A stretch of DNA of 64,000 nucleotides from a bacterium (GTDB lineage Bacteria; UBA8248), in NCBI GenBank assembly GCA_965213625.1, contig CBDBZU010000004.1, positions 640,001-704,000 on the forward strand, read 5' to 3'. Position 1 is the stretch's first letter; each line of letters opens with the position of its first letter. The notes below the pieces were generated by a model. That model did no database searches. It was not told the DNA's origin and saw only the letters and a list, made by a program, of their open reading frames with translations. Position numbers and translations under genes: made by a program. Positions 1-9,553 of the stretch are shown here, one piece after another.

Positions 1-822
1 GATGTCCAGCTTGAAGTGGTCGAAATAATAAAGGGCGGCGACGTTGTTGATGGTGAGTTCCACGCCGAAACAGGCCGCGTATATGATGAACAGCGCCCAC
101 ACGCGGTAGTCCTTCGCCGCGAGTTTGAACGACGTCCACCCCGAACCCTTGGCCGGCTCCATCTCGCCTCGTTCGCGAAGCTCCTTGTAGTTGCCGTCCG
201 GCGCGTCCTGGGTGAGAAAATAGTAGGCGATACCCGTCAGGAACAGCCCCAATCCGGGAACGACCATGGCCAGACGCCAGCCCAGGAATTTATCCGCGCC
301 GAAGGTGAGGGCCGCCGCGAACACCAGCGGCATGGCCATCTGCGTGACGCCCCCGCCAAGGTTCCCCCACCCGGCGGTCGTGGCGTTGGCGGTTCCCACG
401 CAGTTGGGCGCGAACATGACCGAGGTGTGGTATTGCGTGATGACGAACGAAGCGCCGATAGCCCCGATGGCGAGGCGGAAAAGCAAAAAGGTCTCGTAGC
501 TGTTGGCGAGGCCGATTCCCATGACGGGTATGGAACCCAGAACCAGCAGCGCCGAGTACACCAGCCGCGCGCCGTAGCGATCGCACAAGGGGCCGATGAG
601 TAGGCGCACCAGAACCGTGATGGCGACCGAGGCGATAATGGTGTTGCCGATTTGCGCTTTTGTGAGAAGCAATTCCTCGCGTACGACCGCCATGAGCGGC
701 GCGATGCCGAACCAGCCGAAAAAGCATAGAAAGAAGGCGAACCACGTCACGTGAAATGCTCGCATCTGCGGGGTCTTGAAGTCGGTGAGACGGATTCGAG
801 TCGCTTTGTTCGCAAAATCCAT
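1..822 (-). CDS. narK: Nitrate/nitrite MFS transporter (NarK/NRT2 family), runs off window start
   Basis: Not in ORF track (no stop in window). ATG at 822 with GGAGA RBS; translates MDFANKATRIRLTDFKTPQMRAFHVTWFAFFLCFFGWFGIAPLM... and contains the nitrate signature GTANATTAGWGNLGGG; directly downstream of nirA. Confidence 0.9.
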   Translation of the reverse strand, partial: MDFANKATRIRLTDFKTPQMRAFHVTWFAFFLCFFGWFGIAPLMAVVREELLLTKAQIGNTIIASVAITVLVRLLIGPLCDRYGARLVYSALLVLGSIPVMGIGLANSYETFLLFRLAIGAIGASFVITQYHTSVMFAPNCVGTANATTAGWGNLGGGVTQMAMPLVFAAALTFGADKFLGWRLAMVVPGLGLFLTGIAYYFLTQDAPDGNYKELRERGEMEPAKGSGWTSFKLAAKDYRVWALFIIYAACFGVELTINNVAALYYFDHFKLDI

Positions 823-856
823 TTCTGTCTCCTTTTTTAGACTTGGTTTGGCGTGT

Positions 857-2368
857 TTATTTTCTCGTGATGTACGGAACGACCCGGGACAACAGTTCCG
901 GTAGTTCGTCACACGGCACGTTCTCCAGAAGTTTTTGGGGGACTTTTGAGTCCGGGCCGGTCTTTCCCTTCAAGAACACGTCTACTGCGTCGACGACCTC
1001 CTTGCCCCGGCGCGCCTTCTTGCCGAGTAGGCCGATGTCCGCAGCGGCATGGTTCCCGCAGGCGTTGGGGCATCCAGACCAGTGGATCGTCACGGGCAAG
1101 GTTTGCCCCACCTGGTTCTCCAATTGCTTTCCGAGCTCAATCGCGTGTTCTTTGGTTTCGATGGTGGCGAAGTGGCAGTAGTCGATGCCCGTGCAGCTCA
1201 CCATTCCGCGAATCACCTCGGGCGGGTCGTAGCGAAGCTCTTTCAGAAGCGGCTCTTGTGTGAAATCGCCTACCCTGGCGTCGGGGATCCCCGCGATGAT
1301 GATGTTTTGAGACGGCGTGAGGCGGATGTCCCCGCTTCCGTAGTCGTCTGCGAGACGCGATGCCTCGAAGAGTTGCCGGGAGGTGATGCGCCCGACGGGA
1401 ACCACGAGACCCGCGTAATTCAGCCCGGCTCCCTTTTGCCGGAAGATGCCCACATGGGGATTCTTGGCCTTCCTGTCTCTGGCGTCTTCACCTGCTGTGA
1501 CGAGCGGAAAACCCGCTCTGCTCTCCAGTTCTTCGCGGAATTTCTCCGCGCCCCACTCCTGAATCAAAAACGCCAGGCGGTTTTTCTTGCGGTTGCCGCG
1601 AGAGCCGTTGTCTCTGAAAACGCGCGTGATGTTCGCGCACAACTCGGCCGCTTCTTCAGGCAGAACGAAGACGTCCAGCGGCGTGGCGACCGTGTATCCG
1701 CCCGAACCCATCTTCCCGCCCACGGCGACGTTGAAGCCTTTTATCTTCTCCCCACCCATTTCCTTGAAAGCGGGAGTGAGAGAAATATCCTGAGCCTCGC
1801 CGTGCGTGCAATTCTCGCAACATCCCGTGATCGTGACGTTGAACTTGCGCGGCAGGTTCGTGAATTCACGGTTGTCTACGATGATCTCGTCGAACTGCCT
1901 GACGACAGCCGATGCGTCGAAGAGTTCTTTTGGGGTCAGGCCTGCAGCGGGACAGCCCATAATGCCGCGGATGTTGTCCATTCCAGTCTGACGCGAATGC
2001 AGGCCGACGTCTTCGAGTCTTCGCCAGATTTCCTCCACCCGGTCTATCGCCACCCCGCGCAACTGGATCTGCTGGCGCGTGGTGATGTCCGCATGGCCTG
2101 GACCGAACTCATCGCTGATGTGGGCGATTACGCGGAATTGTTCGGAATTCATCAATCCGTTCGAGGAGCGCAGGCGCATCATGAAGTGTCCGGGCGTCTG
2201 TTTGCGGAAAAACACCCCGCGCCACTTCAACCGCTCTTTGTCGTCATCCGGAATCGCCTCCCAACCCTCGCTCACGAACCGCGCGATATCTTCTGCGATG
2301 TCGAAGGGGTCTTTCTCCGCCTTGATTTCCTCGATTTTGTTGATTTTCTGATCCGAAACCACCCGCAT
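857..2368 (-). CDS. nirA: Ferredoxin-nitrite reductase (siroheme, 4Fe-4S)
   Basis: NIR/SIR motifs TTRQQIQL, LPRKFNVTITGC, CTGIDYC and SGCPNACG; start moved to ATG 2368 after GGGAGA RBS. Confidence 0.9.
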   Translation of the reverse strand: MRVVSDQKINKIEEIKAEKDPFDIAEDIARFVSEGWEAIPDDDKERLKWRGVFFRKQTPGHFMMRLRSSNGLMNSEQFRVIAHISDEFGPGHADITTRQQIQLRGVAIDRVEEIWRRLEDVGLHSRQTGMDNIRGIMGCPAAGLTPKELFDASAVVRQFDEIIVDNREFTNLPRKFNVTITGCCENCTHGEAQDISLTPAFKEMGGEKIKGFNVAVGGKMGSGGYTVATPLDVFVLPEEAAELCANITRVFRDNGSRGNRKKNRLAFLIQEWGAEKFREELESRAGFPLVTAGEDARDRKAKNPHVGIFRQKGAGLNYAGLVVPVGRITSRQLFEASRLADDYGSGDIRLTPSQNIIIAGIPDARVGDFTQEPLLKELRYDPPEVIRGMVSCTGIDYCHFATIETKEHAIELGKQLENQVGQTLPVTIHWSGCPNACGNHAAADIGLLGKKARRGKEVVDAVDVFLKGKTGPDSKVPQKLLENVPCDELPELLSRVVPYITRK

Positions 2369-2496
2369 CTGATTTCTCTCCCGAGTCGATGAAACCTGAA
2401 GCACAAACCCTGGTGGAGACCATGCTCATCTCCCTCACCAGGAGTATGAATAGCAGACGGGAGGCGGGTCGGTGGTTTCCATAATTTTAAATATGT

Positions 2497-2560
2497 GTTT
2501 CCTTTGCGTGAAAGTTATGTTGCCACCTTGTTACGTGATGCTTTGTTTCAGGTGTGTTTC
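2497..2560 (-). promoter_or_regulatory. OmpR-family (GlnR/PhoB-like) 11-bp direct-repeat operator upstream of nirA
   Basis: Minus strand reads GAAAC-n6-GAAAC, then GTAAC-n6-GCAAC-n6-TTCAC-n6-GAAAC, followed by a TAAAAT -10 candidate at 2484-2489. Confidence 0.6.
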
Positions 2561-2618
2561 AAGGCGGACATTCGTGCAGAAACACCGCAATGTACGGATT
2601 TCTTCAAAGGAGACCCGC

Positions 2619-3275
2619 ATGGATTCGGACGCTGCTTTTTTCTCGGACGTCGAGACGGCGACGCTCGGCGACGCCGCCACGGCCCTGGGGCTTAATCTCA
2701 TCATGGAAGGCCCCCGGCCCAACGCGCCCGAGACTTATCCACGGTTCGCAGGACCCGCCGCCACCATGGTGTTCGCGCCGGTGCGGGACCCGGGAGCCAA
2801 GGCCCTGTTCAGCCTCTATGACGCGGTGGAAGAAGTGCCCGCGGGCTCGGTGGTCGTCGTCGATGCGGCGAGCTCTCCCCTGGCCGTTTGGGGCGGGGGC
2901 GCGAGCAGCGTCTGCAAAAGACGCGGCGCCGTCGGCTGCGTGATCGACGGGGCGACGCGCGATCTCGAAGCCCTCCGCGATCTCGATTTCCCCGTGTTCA
3001 GCAAATCGGTGTGGAGCCTCGCCTTCCCGAAGCGCCTGGAAGTCGTGGCGAAAGACTCATCCATAACCTGCTGCGGGGTGCGGGTGGAACCAGGCGACAT
3101 GGTCGTCGCGGATATCGACGGCGTGGCCGTCGTTCCGCAAAGTTCTCTGAAAAAGGTGAAACGGCAGGTCACCCGGATTCGGGATATCGAAAACGAGGTA
3201 AAAGGCCGCATCGCCCAGGGAGAATCGATGCGCGACCTCTTCCCCCGCCTCGCGCAGAAGTTCGACACCGATTGA
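2619..3275 (+). CDS. RraA family / HMG-CHA aldolase-like protein
   Basis: FAGPAAT, AVWGG, GCVIDGATRD, VEPGDMVVADIDGV motifs; AGGAGA RBS before ATG 2619. Confidence 0.85.
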   Translation: MDSDAAFFSDVETATLGDAATALGLNLIMEGPRPNAPETYPRFAGPAATMVFAPVRDPGAKALFSLYDAVEEVPAGSVVVVDAASSPLAVWGGGASSVCKRRGAVGCVIDGATRDLEALRDLDFPVFSKSVWSLAFPKRLEVVAKDSSITCCGVRVEPGDMVVADIDGVAVVPQSSLKKVKRQVTRIRDIENEVKGRIAQGESMRDLFPRLAQKFDTD

Positions 3276-3305
3276 AGCGGCGCAAACGATTTACGGGAGA
3301 AGACC

Positions 3306-4406
3306 ATGACGCATGAGGTTTCAGCCGTCGTAGAGACGCCCGGAAAAATCAGCTTACAGGAATTTCCCTTGCCGGAGATAGGTGATGAGGACGGCCTGCT
3401 CCACGTCGACATGGTGGGGGTCTGCTCGTCTGATTATAAATACTTTAACGGCAAGGTCGCTCACAGATGGAGCTACCCCATCATAATGGGCCACGAGATG
3501 GTGGGCCGCCTCGCCAAGGTCGGGAAAAACGTCCAGAAACGCCTCGGCGTCAAGGAGGGCGACCGCCTTGTGGTGGAGGCGCAGGTGGGCTGCAACCAGT
3601 GCTGGTACTGCCACACCGGCAACCGGCGCCTGTGCAAGGACGCGATGGTCTACGGCAGCGTCCGCTCATGTGCTGAGCCACCTCACCTGTGGGGCGCTTA
3701 CGGGCAATACGTCTACCTGCCGCCGGGCGTGGGAATCCACAAGGCGCCCGATGGTCTTACGGATGAATCCGCCGTGCTCATCACCGCCGTGCTGGCGAAC
3801 GGGGTGCGGTGGGCGCACGATCTGGGCGGCATCTCGGTCGGCGACGCCGTGGTGGTGCAAGGCCCCGGTCCCCAGGGTTTATGCGCTTGCGCCGTGGCGA
3901 AGCACACAGGCGCCGGACAGGTAATCGTCACCGGCCTCGCGCGCGACGCGAAGCGCCTGGAGGCGGCGAAGCGCTTCGGTGCGGACCACGCCATCGACAT
4001 AGAGGCCGCAGACCCCGAGGAAGAAGTCCGCAAGCTCACGGACGGGCGCATGGCGGACGTGGTGGTCGACGTGACGGGCAGCCCTGCCGCCGCGAGCCTC
4101 GCCCCCAGGCTCGTCCGCAGGCTGGGAACGGTGGTTCTGGCCGGACTCACCGGCGGGAAGGAAGGAACTCTGGAACTGGACCCTCTCGTGTGGGGCGAAA
4201 TCCGCATCCAGGGTGCATACAGCCACACGAGCGACGCCGTGCGGGGCGCGCTCGACTTCGCGGCCAACTCGCCCTATCCCTTCTCGGAGATGGTGACCCA
4301 CCGCTTCCCGCTCGCCGAGGCGGAGCGCGCCGTGCGCATCACGGGCGGGGAATTTCCCGAAGAAGAACAGGTCAAAACTGTGCTCCAGCCGTGGCGCGAC
4401 CTCTAG
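3306..4406 (+). CDS. Zinc-dependent alcohol dehydrogenase (MDR family)
   Basis: GVCSSD, GHE, CNQCWYC...C structural zinc site, GPGPQG nucleotide-binding motif. Confidence 0.9.
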   Translation: MTHEVSAVVETPGKISLQEFPLPEIGDEDGLLHVDMVGVCSSDYKYFNGKVAHRWSYPIIMGHEMVGRLAKVGKNVQKRLGVKEGDRLVVEAQVGCNQCWYCHTGNRRLCKDAMVYGSVRSCAEPPHLWGAYGQYVYLPPGVGIHKAPDGLTDESAVLITAVLANGVRWAHDLGGISVGDAVVVQGPGPQGLCACAVAKHTGAGQVIVTGLARDAKRLEAAKRFGADHAIDIEAADPEEEVRKLTDGRMADVVVDVTGSPAAASLAPRLVRRLGTVVLAGLTGGKEGTLELDPLVWGEIRIQGAYSHTSDAVRGALDFAANSPYPFSEMVTHRFPLAEAERAVRITGGEFPEEEQVKTVLQPWRDL

Positions 4407-4519
4407 GCGGCCCGAAAACGCCTGGTTGACCCCGATTCCATGCTTCTGTACAAGGGATACATACTGAAAAAGCGGAATTCCGATCACCGGGCACTCGCTT
4501 CCCCATAGGGGGTTATTCC

Positions 4520-5188
4520 GTGTCGGAGTGGATAGCGTTACCTTTCCAGGTGATATTCAAGATATCCTCGTGGGTGTTCTACACCCTGGTCCAGCCGCCG
4601 CTCATCCTGATCGGCATCCCCGTTTTTCATTACATCATCCCCGTCATCCTGCTCGCAGGCGTCGTCATTTATGCCTTCCGCCAGGTGAAGATGGAAGGCT
4701 GGGGTTTCCTGCTGCGCAATCTGGAGGAACTTCTAGCGTATCCCTTCCTGGCGGCCATCGGATATATCGTCTTCATGCAGGTGTATTTCAGATACATTCT
4801 GGACGATCCCATCGTATGGGCCGAGGAAGTTACGCTGCTCTGTTTCCACTGGGCCGTTTTCATCGGCGCTGCGCTCGCATACAAACACGGCGAGAAGCTG
4901 ACGATGGAGACCTTCGTCGGTCAGTTGCCGGAACATTGGCAACGGAAGATTCGCATCGTTATCGAAGTTCTCATTTTCTTCACGCTGCTTCTGCTCCTGT
5001 ACCAGGGAATCCAGGTGGCGATTCTGGAATGGACCTACCCTTCTTCGGCGCTCGAGTTCCCGCAAACCTACCAGAGCGCATCGTTTCCCGTGGGAATGGC
5101 CCTGATGATCATCCACTCGGGACGCCAACTATTGGGATTGATCACGAATAAAATGGAACTGGGCCACCGGAGTTCCCCGGCTGTGTGA
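4520..5188 (+). CDS. dctQ: TRAP transporter small permease (DctQ) with N-terminal hydrophobic extension
   Basis: QVYFRYIL..P..WAEEVT...FIGAA DctQ pattern; directly upstream of dctM. Confidence 0.85.
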   Translation: MSEWIALPFQVIFKISSWVFYTLVQPPLILIGIPVFHYIIPVILLAGVVIYAFRQVKMEGWGFLLRNLEELLAYPFLAAIGYIVFMQVYFRYILDDPIVWAEEVTLLCFHWAVFIGAALAYKHGEKLTMETFVGQLPEHWQRKIRIVIEVLIFFTLLLLLYQGIQVAILEWTYPSSALEFPQTYQSASFPVGMALMIIHSGRQLLGLITNKMELGHRSSPAV

Positions 5189-5204
5189 GCGAGAAGGAGC
5201 CTAC

Positions 5205-6491
5205 ATGAACGCATTGATACTCGTATTGCTGTTCTTCCTCTTCCTCTCCTTCAACACACCGATAGCCCTGGCCCTCGTATTCACCTGTCTGTTTTACCTG
5301 ACGTTCCTCTCCGAGATGCCGGTCACCTTCCTCGCGAGCATCATGATCGGCTCTTTGGAGCATTACTCGCTCATCGCCATTCCGCTGTTCATTTTTGCCG
5401 CCCAGATCATGAACATCGCGAAGGTGACGGACCGGATTTTCGATTTCGCCAAAACGCTGGTCGGTCATTTCACCGGGAGCCTGGGACACGCGAACATCGT
5501 CGCCAGCATCATCTTCGCGGGCATGTCCGGATCGGCATTGGCGGACGCGGCTGGACTTGGACGCGTGGAAATCGAGGGCATGACCAAGGAGGGCTACGAT
5601 AAGCCCTTTTCCGCAGCCGTAACGGCCGCGAGTTCCTGCATCGGGCCCATCATCCCGCCCAGCATCATCATGGTGATATACGCGAGCATCGCCGAGGAAT
5701 CGGCGGGGCGTGTCTTTCTGGGCGGCGTAGTTCCGGGCTTCTTCATGGGTGGCGCGATGATGGTTATCGTCTATTTCATCTCCCGCAAGCGGGGATACAA
5801 GAAATATCCGCGCGCTTCGCTCGTCCAGATATGGAAGAGTTCCCGCTCCGCCTTTCTGGCGCTGATGACGCCTGCGATCATCCTGGGCGGTATCGGCTCG
5901 GGCGCCACGACGCCCACCGAGGCGGCCGTGCTCGCCGTGGCGTGGTCGCTCTTTCTCGGAATGGTGGTCTACAAGGAGGTCCGACTCACGGACATCCCCC
6001 GCATCCTATCGACGGTGATCATCTATACGGCGGTGGTGCTTTTCATATTCTCCGCCGCTTCGGTCTTCACGCGCCTCATCACCATCGAGCGCGTCCCCTT
6101 CATATTCGCCCACTTCCTGATGACCGCACTGCAGGAGAAGTGGCTCATTCTCTTCGTTCTCAACATATTCCTGCTCATCGGCGGCATGGTGATGGAACCG
6201 ACGCCCCTGCTGCTCATCGTCACGCCCGTCATGCTGCCCATCGCACAGGCGCTGGACATCGACCTCGTGCACCTGGGCGTGTTCATGGTCTTGAATCTGG
6301 TTATCGGAAACCTCACGCCGCCATTCGCGCTCGCTCTATACGTGGTGTCGGACATTACGAAAGTGCCTTTCTGGACCATCGTGCGGGCCACTACGCCTTT
6401 TTATATTCCGCTCATCGTCACCCTGTTCGCCATGGTCTACTACTCGCCGCTCGTCATGTGGCTCCCGAACCTGCTGCTGCCGGTCAACTAG
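5205..6491 (+). CDS. dctM: TRAP transporter large permease (DctM)
   Basis: AIPLF, SGSALADAA, IIPPSI, TPTEA, LTPPF motifs. Confidence 0.93.
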   Translation: MNALILVLLFFLFLSFNTPIALALVFTCLFYLTFLSEMPVTFLASIMIGSLEHYSLIAIPLFIFAAQIMNIAKVTDRIFDFAKTLVGHFTGSLGHANIVASIIFAGMSGSALADAAGLGRVEIEGMTKEGYDKPFSAAVTAASSCIGPIIPPSIIMVIYASIAEESAGRVFLGGVVPGFFMGGAMMVIVYFISRKRGYKKYPRASLVQIWKSSRSAFLALMTPAIILGGIGSGATTPTEAAVLAVAWSLFLGMVVYKEVRLTDIPRILSTVIIYTAVVLFIFSAASVFTRLITIERVPFIFAHFLMTALQEKWLILFVLNIFLLIGGMVMEPTPLLLIVTPVMLPIAQALDIDLVHLGVFMVLNLVIGNLTPPFALALYVVSDITKVPFWTIVRATTPFYIPLIVTLFAMVYYSPLVMWLPNLLLPVN

Positions 6492-6497
6492 GACAAC

Positions 6498-6535
6498 AAA
6501 AAACACCGCCGGCTCACCACAACCGGCGGTGTTTA
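6498..6535. terminator. Hairpin terminator between convergent dctM and dctP
   Basis: AAAAAACACCGCCGG-loop-CCGGCGGTGTTT inverted repeat. Confidence 0.7.
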
Positions 6536-6587
6536 ATTTCTTGTTGCGCCGTGCAGCTTACCCGGCGCGACTATCGAAACTACTACC

Positions 6588-7577
6588 TTAGAACTTCGAG
6601 CGCGTCGCCTTGACTTTAGCGAAGAAGTCCTTGCCCCATCCCTTCGTGCCGATGGTCTCAGCAGCCGAGGCGGTTTTCTTGGCGAATTCATCCACGTTGA
6701 TGTTGTAGATGTTCACGCCCTTTTTCTTGAACTTCTCGAGGTAGGCGTTCTCGAGGTCGGTGTAGATTTTCTGCGAGTGGGCGATACCCTTGGACAGCGC
6801 GTCGTCGAACCACTTGCGCTGCTGCTTGTTCAGGCCTTTGCGCCACTTGTCGTTCACCATGAAGTACGACGTCGAAGAGAGGTGAGACGTGAGCGTCAGG
6901 TGTTTGCCCACTTCGTAGAACTTGTTGGTATAGAGCGTCTCGAGGGTGTTCTCCATGGCGTCGACCGTGCCGAGGAGCATGGCGTTGTAAACGTCCGCCC
7001 AGGACATCGGCGTGGGCTTCGCGCCCAGTCCGCGGAAGGCCAGTACCCAAGGAGGCGCCTGGGGAACGCGGATTTTGAGTCCCTTGAAATCGGCGAGCGT
7101 TTTCAGAGGCTTCTTGCGCGAGAGCACGTGCCGCGCGCCCCGGTTGATGACGCTCACCATGATGGTGCCGCGCTTTTTCAGGAACTCCTTGCGCCAGCGT
7201 TCGAACAGCGGCCCGTTGGCGACGGTGCGCACGTGCTTGGTGCTCTTCCAGAAATAGGGCAGGTTCAGACTGTCATAAGCGGGAAACTGCGTGAGTCCCT
7301 GGAACGTCGCCTGAATCGCTCCCAACTGCACCGATTGCAACTGGGTCTTGCCGTCGCCGACCTGGCCCTTCAGGAACACCTGCACTTCCATGGTCCCCTT
7401 GCTGAGCTTGTCGAGTATCTTTCCGAATTCGATAGCCCCGTAATGGGTGGGGTTCTTGTTGCTGTACATGTGGCCGACCTTGATGACGACCTTCTTGGCT
7501 CCCAGGGCAGGCGCCGCCCCCTGGGCGAGGAGAAACGCTGCGGCAACCAAAACGACGGGTATGATTCTTCTTGCCAT
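6588..7577 (-). CDS. dctP: TRAP transporter substrate-binding protein (DctP)
   Basis: Signal peptide MARRIIPVVLVAAA; DFKGLKIRV, GAKPTPM, GTVDAMEN, FYEV motifs; GGAGG RBS. Confidence 0.92.
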   Translation of the reverse strand: MARRIIPVVLVAAAFLLAQGAAPALGAKKVVIKVGHMYSNKNPTHYGAIEFGKILDKLSKGTMEVQVFLKGQVGDGKTQLQSVQLGAIQATFQGLTQFPAYDSLNLPYFWKSTKHVRTVANGPLFERWRKEFLKKRGTIMVSVINRGARHVLSRKKPLKTLADFKGLKIRVPQAPPWVLAFRGLGAKPTPMSWADVYNAMLLGTVDAMENTLETLYTNKFYEVGKHLTLTSHLSSTSYFMVNDKWRKGLNKQQRKWFDDALSKGIAHSQKIYTDLENAYLEKFKKKGVNIYNINVDEFAKKTASAAETIGTKGWGKDFFAKVKATRSKF

Positions 7578-7764
7578 TGGCACTACCCTCCCTGAACAGG
7601 AATGGAAGATATCCCCCTTGCGAGGATACCGATGAGCGCAACGCATAGAAGCGTGAAAACCAATGCAAAAAGATTCGAATGGATGGGGAAATTCTATCTT
7701 TCTTTTCCCCGGCTTACAAGGCACAATAATTTGCTCTCCTTCAATGACCTGCAGAGGCGACAAG

Positions 7765-8442
7765 ATGAACGAGGAATGGAGTCAACTCAGAACCGACCTC
7801 GCGCACTATCCCGATCTCGTATACGGGGAAGTCGAAAGACTGAGCCACGAGCAGATGTGCTACGCGAACGAGGAGCCGCCCTGGGCGCGCTGGTCGATGG
7901 ATTTGCAAATCCGCCATATCGCCCTCATGACCCCGGTGTGGCTTTCCAGGCGGGCAGGCGAGATGCTGAAAAGAGAAGGCTATGCCTTTCCCGATACGGC
8001 AGGCCTCATCGCCGACCTCATCGACTCAGGCATCCGCCACGTCCCGCCCGAAGCGGCCGGCGACAAAAAGGCCGTGGTCGACTTCATGAGGCCCTGGGCC
8101 GCGCTTTGTTGTGAGATCATCGACAAGGAAAGCGAGGACAGGCTGCGCGCCTTGTCGTTCACCTACTACATGGACCCAGAAGCCTCCCGCCCCGGAGACC
8201 CCCACAAGCCCGTTGACTACCACAGGATGTCCGTCCGCCTTCATTCATTCGGGTTTCATGAAGACGCGGAGCGCCCCGGTCTTTTTCGCCTGGAAATCGG
8301 CGGGGTCCTGCGCCACATCTACTGGAACGTGCTCGCGCATTTAAGAACCGTCCAGAGACTGAAGCTAAGACAGGGCCTCCCCTTAAATACGGAACTGCCG
8401 CGCGAAGGCTACCTCACCCTGCCTGAGTTTTACGATCCTTGA
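7765..8442 (+). CDS. Hypothetical protein, DinB/YfiT-like fold suspected
   Basis: WSMDLQIRHI near the N-terminus and LRHIYWNVLAHL near the C-terminus resemble the DinB His pattern. Confidence 0.6.
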   Translation: MNEEWSQLRTDLAHYPDLVYGEVERLSHEQMCYANEEPPWARWSMDLQIRHIALMTPVWLSRRAGEMLKREGYAFPDTAGLIADLIDSGIRHVPPEAAGDKKAVVDFMRPWAALCCEIIDKESEDRLRALSFTYYMDPEASRPGDPHKPVDYHRMSVRLHSFGFHEDAERPGLFRLEIGGVLRHIYWNVLAHLRTVQRLKLRQGLPLNTELPREGYLTLPEFYDP

Positions 8443-8560
8443 ATCGGGCTTTTCGCCTTCATTTGAAACGCATTTGCGCAGGTTTGGGGTATAATGCGTT
8501 TCAGGGAGGTCGCCCCATCCCTATAACGCCGCCGCCGGTTTATCAGAGGATGCTGGAAAG

Positions 8561-9049
8561 ATGAGAACTACGAATCAAACCCCCTGCACTCTACGCAAAT
8601 TGCGGGTATACGCCGCCCTATCGTTCTTCGCCTTTATACTCGCTCTTCCGGTTTCGGCTGCGGCCATCGCGCCCGTTTATTCCACATTGCTGGGAGGCGC
8701 CATCCGGGGATACGACCCGGTCGCCTATTTCACCGAGAGTAAACCCGTCGAGGGGAAAAAGGCCTTTTCCCATAAATGGAAAGGCGCGACGTGGTATTTC
8801 GCGAGCGAGAAAAACCGCGACTTGTTCCGCGCGGATCCGGAAAAATACGCCCCCCGGTACGGCGGCTATTGCGCATACGCCGTGAGCCGGGGCTACACCG
8901 CGAGCATCGTCCCCGAAGCCTGGAAGATCGTGGACGGCAAGCTCTATCTCAACTACAGCAAGGGCGTTCAGCAAGCCTGGGAGCAGGACATCCCCGGCAA
9001 CATCACAACGGCCGACAAAAACTGGCCCAGGCTCCTCAAGGGGAAATAA
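8561..9049 (+). CDS. Exported YHS domain-containing protein (Cys form)
   Basis: Signal peptide; AIRGYDPVAYF, WYFAS, PRYGGYCAYAV, DGKLYLN motifs. Confidence 0.88.
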   Translation: MRTTNQTPCTLRKLRVYAALSFFAFILALPVSAAAIAPVYSTLLGGAIRGYDPVAYFTESKPVEGKKAFSHKWKGATWYFASEKNRDLFRADPEKYAPRYGGYCAYAVSRGYTASIVPEAWKIVDGKLYLNYSKGVQQAWEQDIPGNITTADKNWPRLLKGK

Positions 9050-9075
9050 GCCTTTTTACGAAAAACGGCGGCTCG

Positions 9076-9522
9076 CTAATGCCCCAGATCGCTCGGTTCT
9101 TTTCCCTCGGCCTTGTCGAAAGCCCGTTTCGCCGCTCTGAGCGCGTGGTTCGTTTTGGGCAGCCCGACGTAGGGTGAGCACTGCACGATTGCCTCGATAA
9201 TCTCATCTTGCGTGAGGCCCAGGTTCAGAGCCGAGCGCACGTGCCACTCCAGTTCTTCGGGCAGATCCTGCGCCACCATGGTGGCGAGCACGATGATCTC
9301 GCGCGTTTTCAGGTCGAGCGTCTCCGACTGCGCCCACACCATGCCGAAACAATACTCCATGATGGTCTGCGTGTGCGCCGGTGAAATTTGGAGAAAATCG
9401 CTCGTTGTCTGTCCGCCTTCACCGTAGATTCCCATCGCGCGGCGAATCTCGCCAGCCTTCCTGAAGCGTTCCTGCACATCCGGGTTTTTATCGACGTAAT
9501 TTTCCATCATATCTTCAGCCAT
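9076..9522 (-). CDS. Carboxymuconolactone decarboxylase (CMD/AhpD-like) family protein
   Basis: FGMVW, LDLKTRE, HVRSALNLGLT..EI.E....PYVGLP motifs. Confidence 0.85.
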   Translation of the reverse strand: MAEDMMENYVDKNPDVQERFRKAGEIRRAMGIYGEGGQTTSDFLQISPAHTQTIMEYCFGMVWAQSETLDLKTREIIVLATMVAQDLPEELEWHVRSALNLGLTQDEIIEAIVQCSPYVGLPKTNHALRAAKRAFDKAEGKEPSDLGH

Positions 9523-9553
9523 TGTATTTCTCCTGAATTAGAGCGGGTATTCG

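Noticed and set aside
2509-2526. TGGCAAC... as a sigma54 promoter for nirA
   Set aside because: The required GC at -12 is absent; the bases belong to the 11-bp repeat array
8561-9049. YHS-domain protein as a third selenoprotein
   Set aside because: The GGYCAY site is encoded by TGC and there is no in-frame TGA
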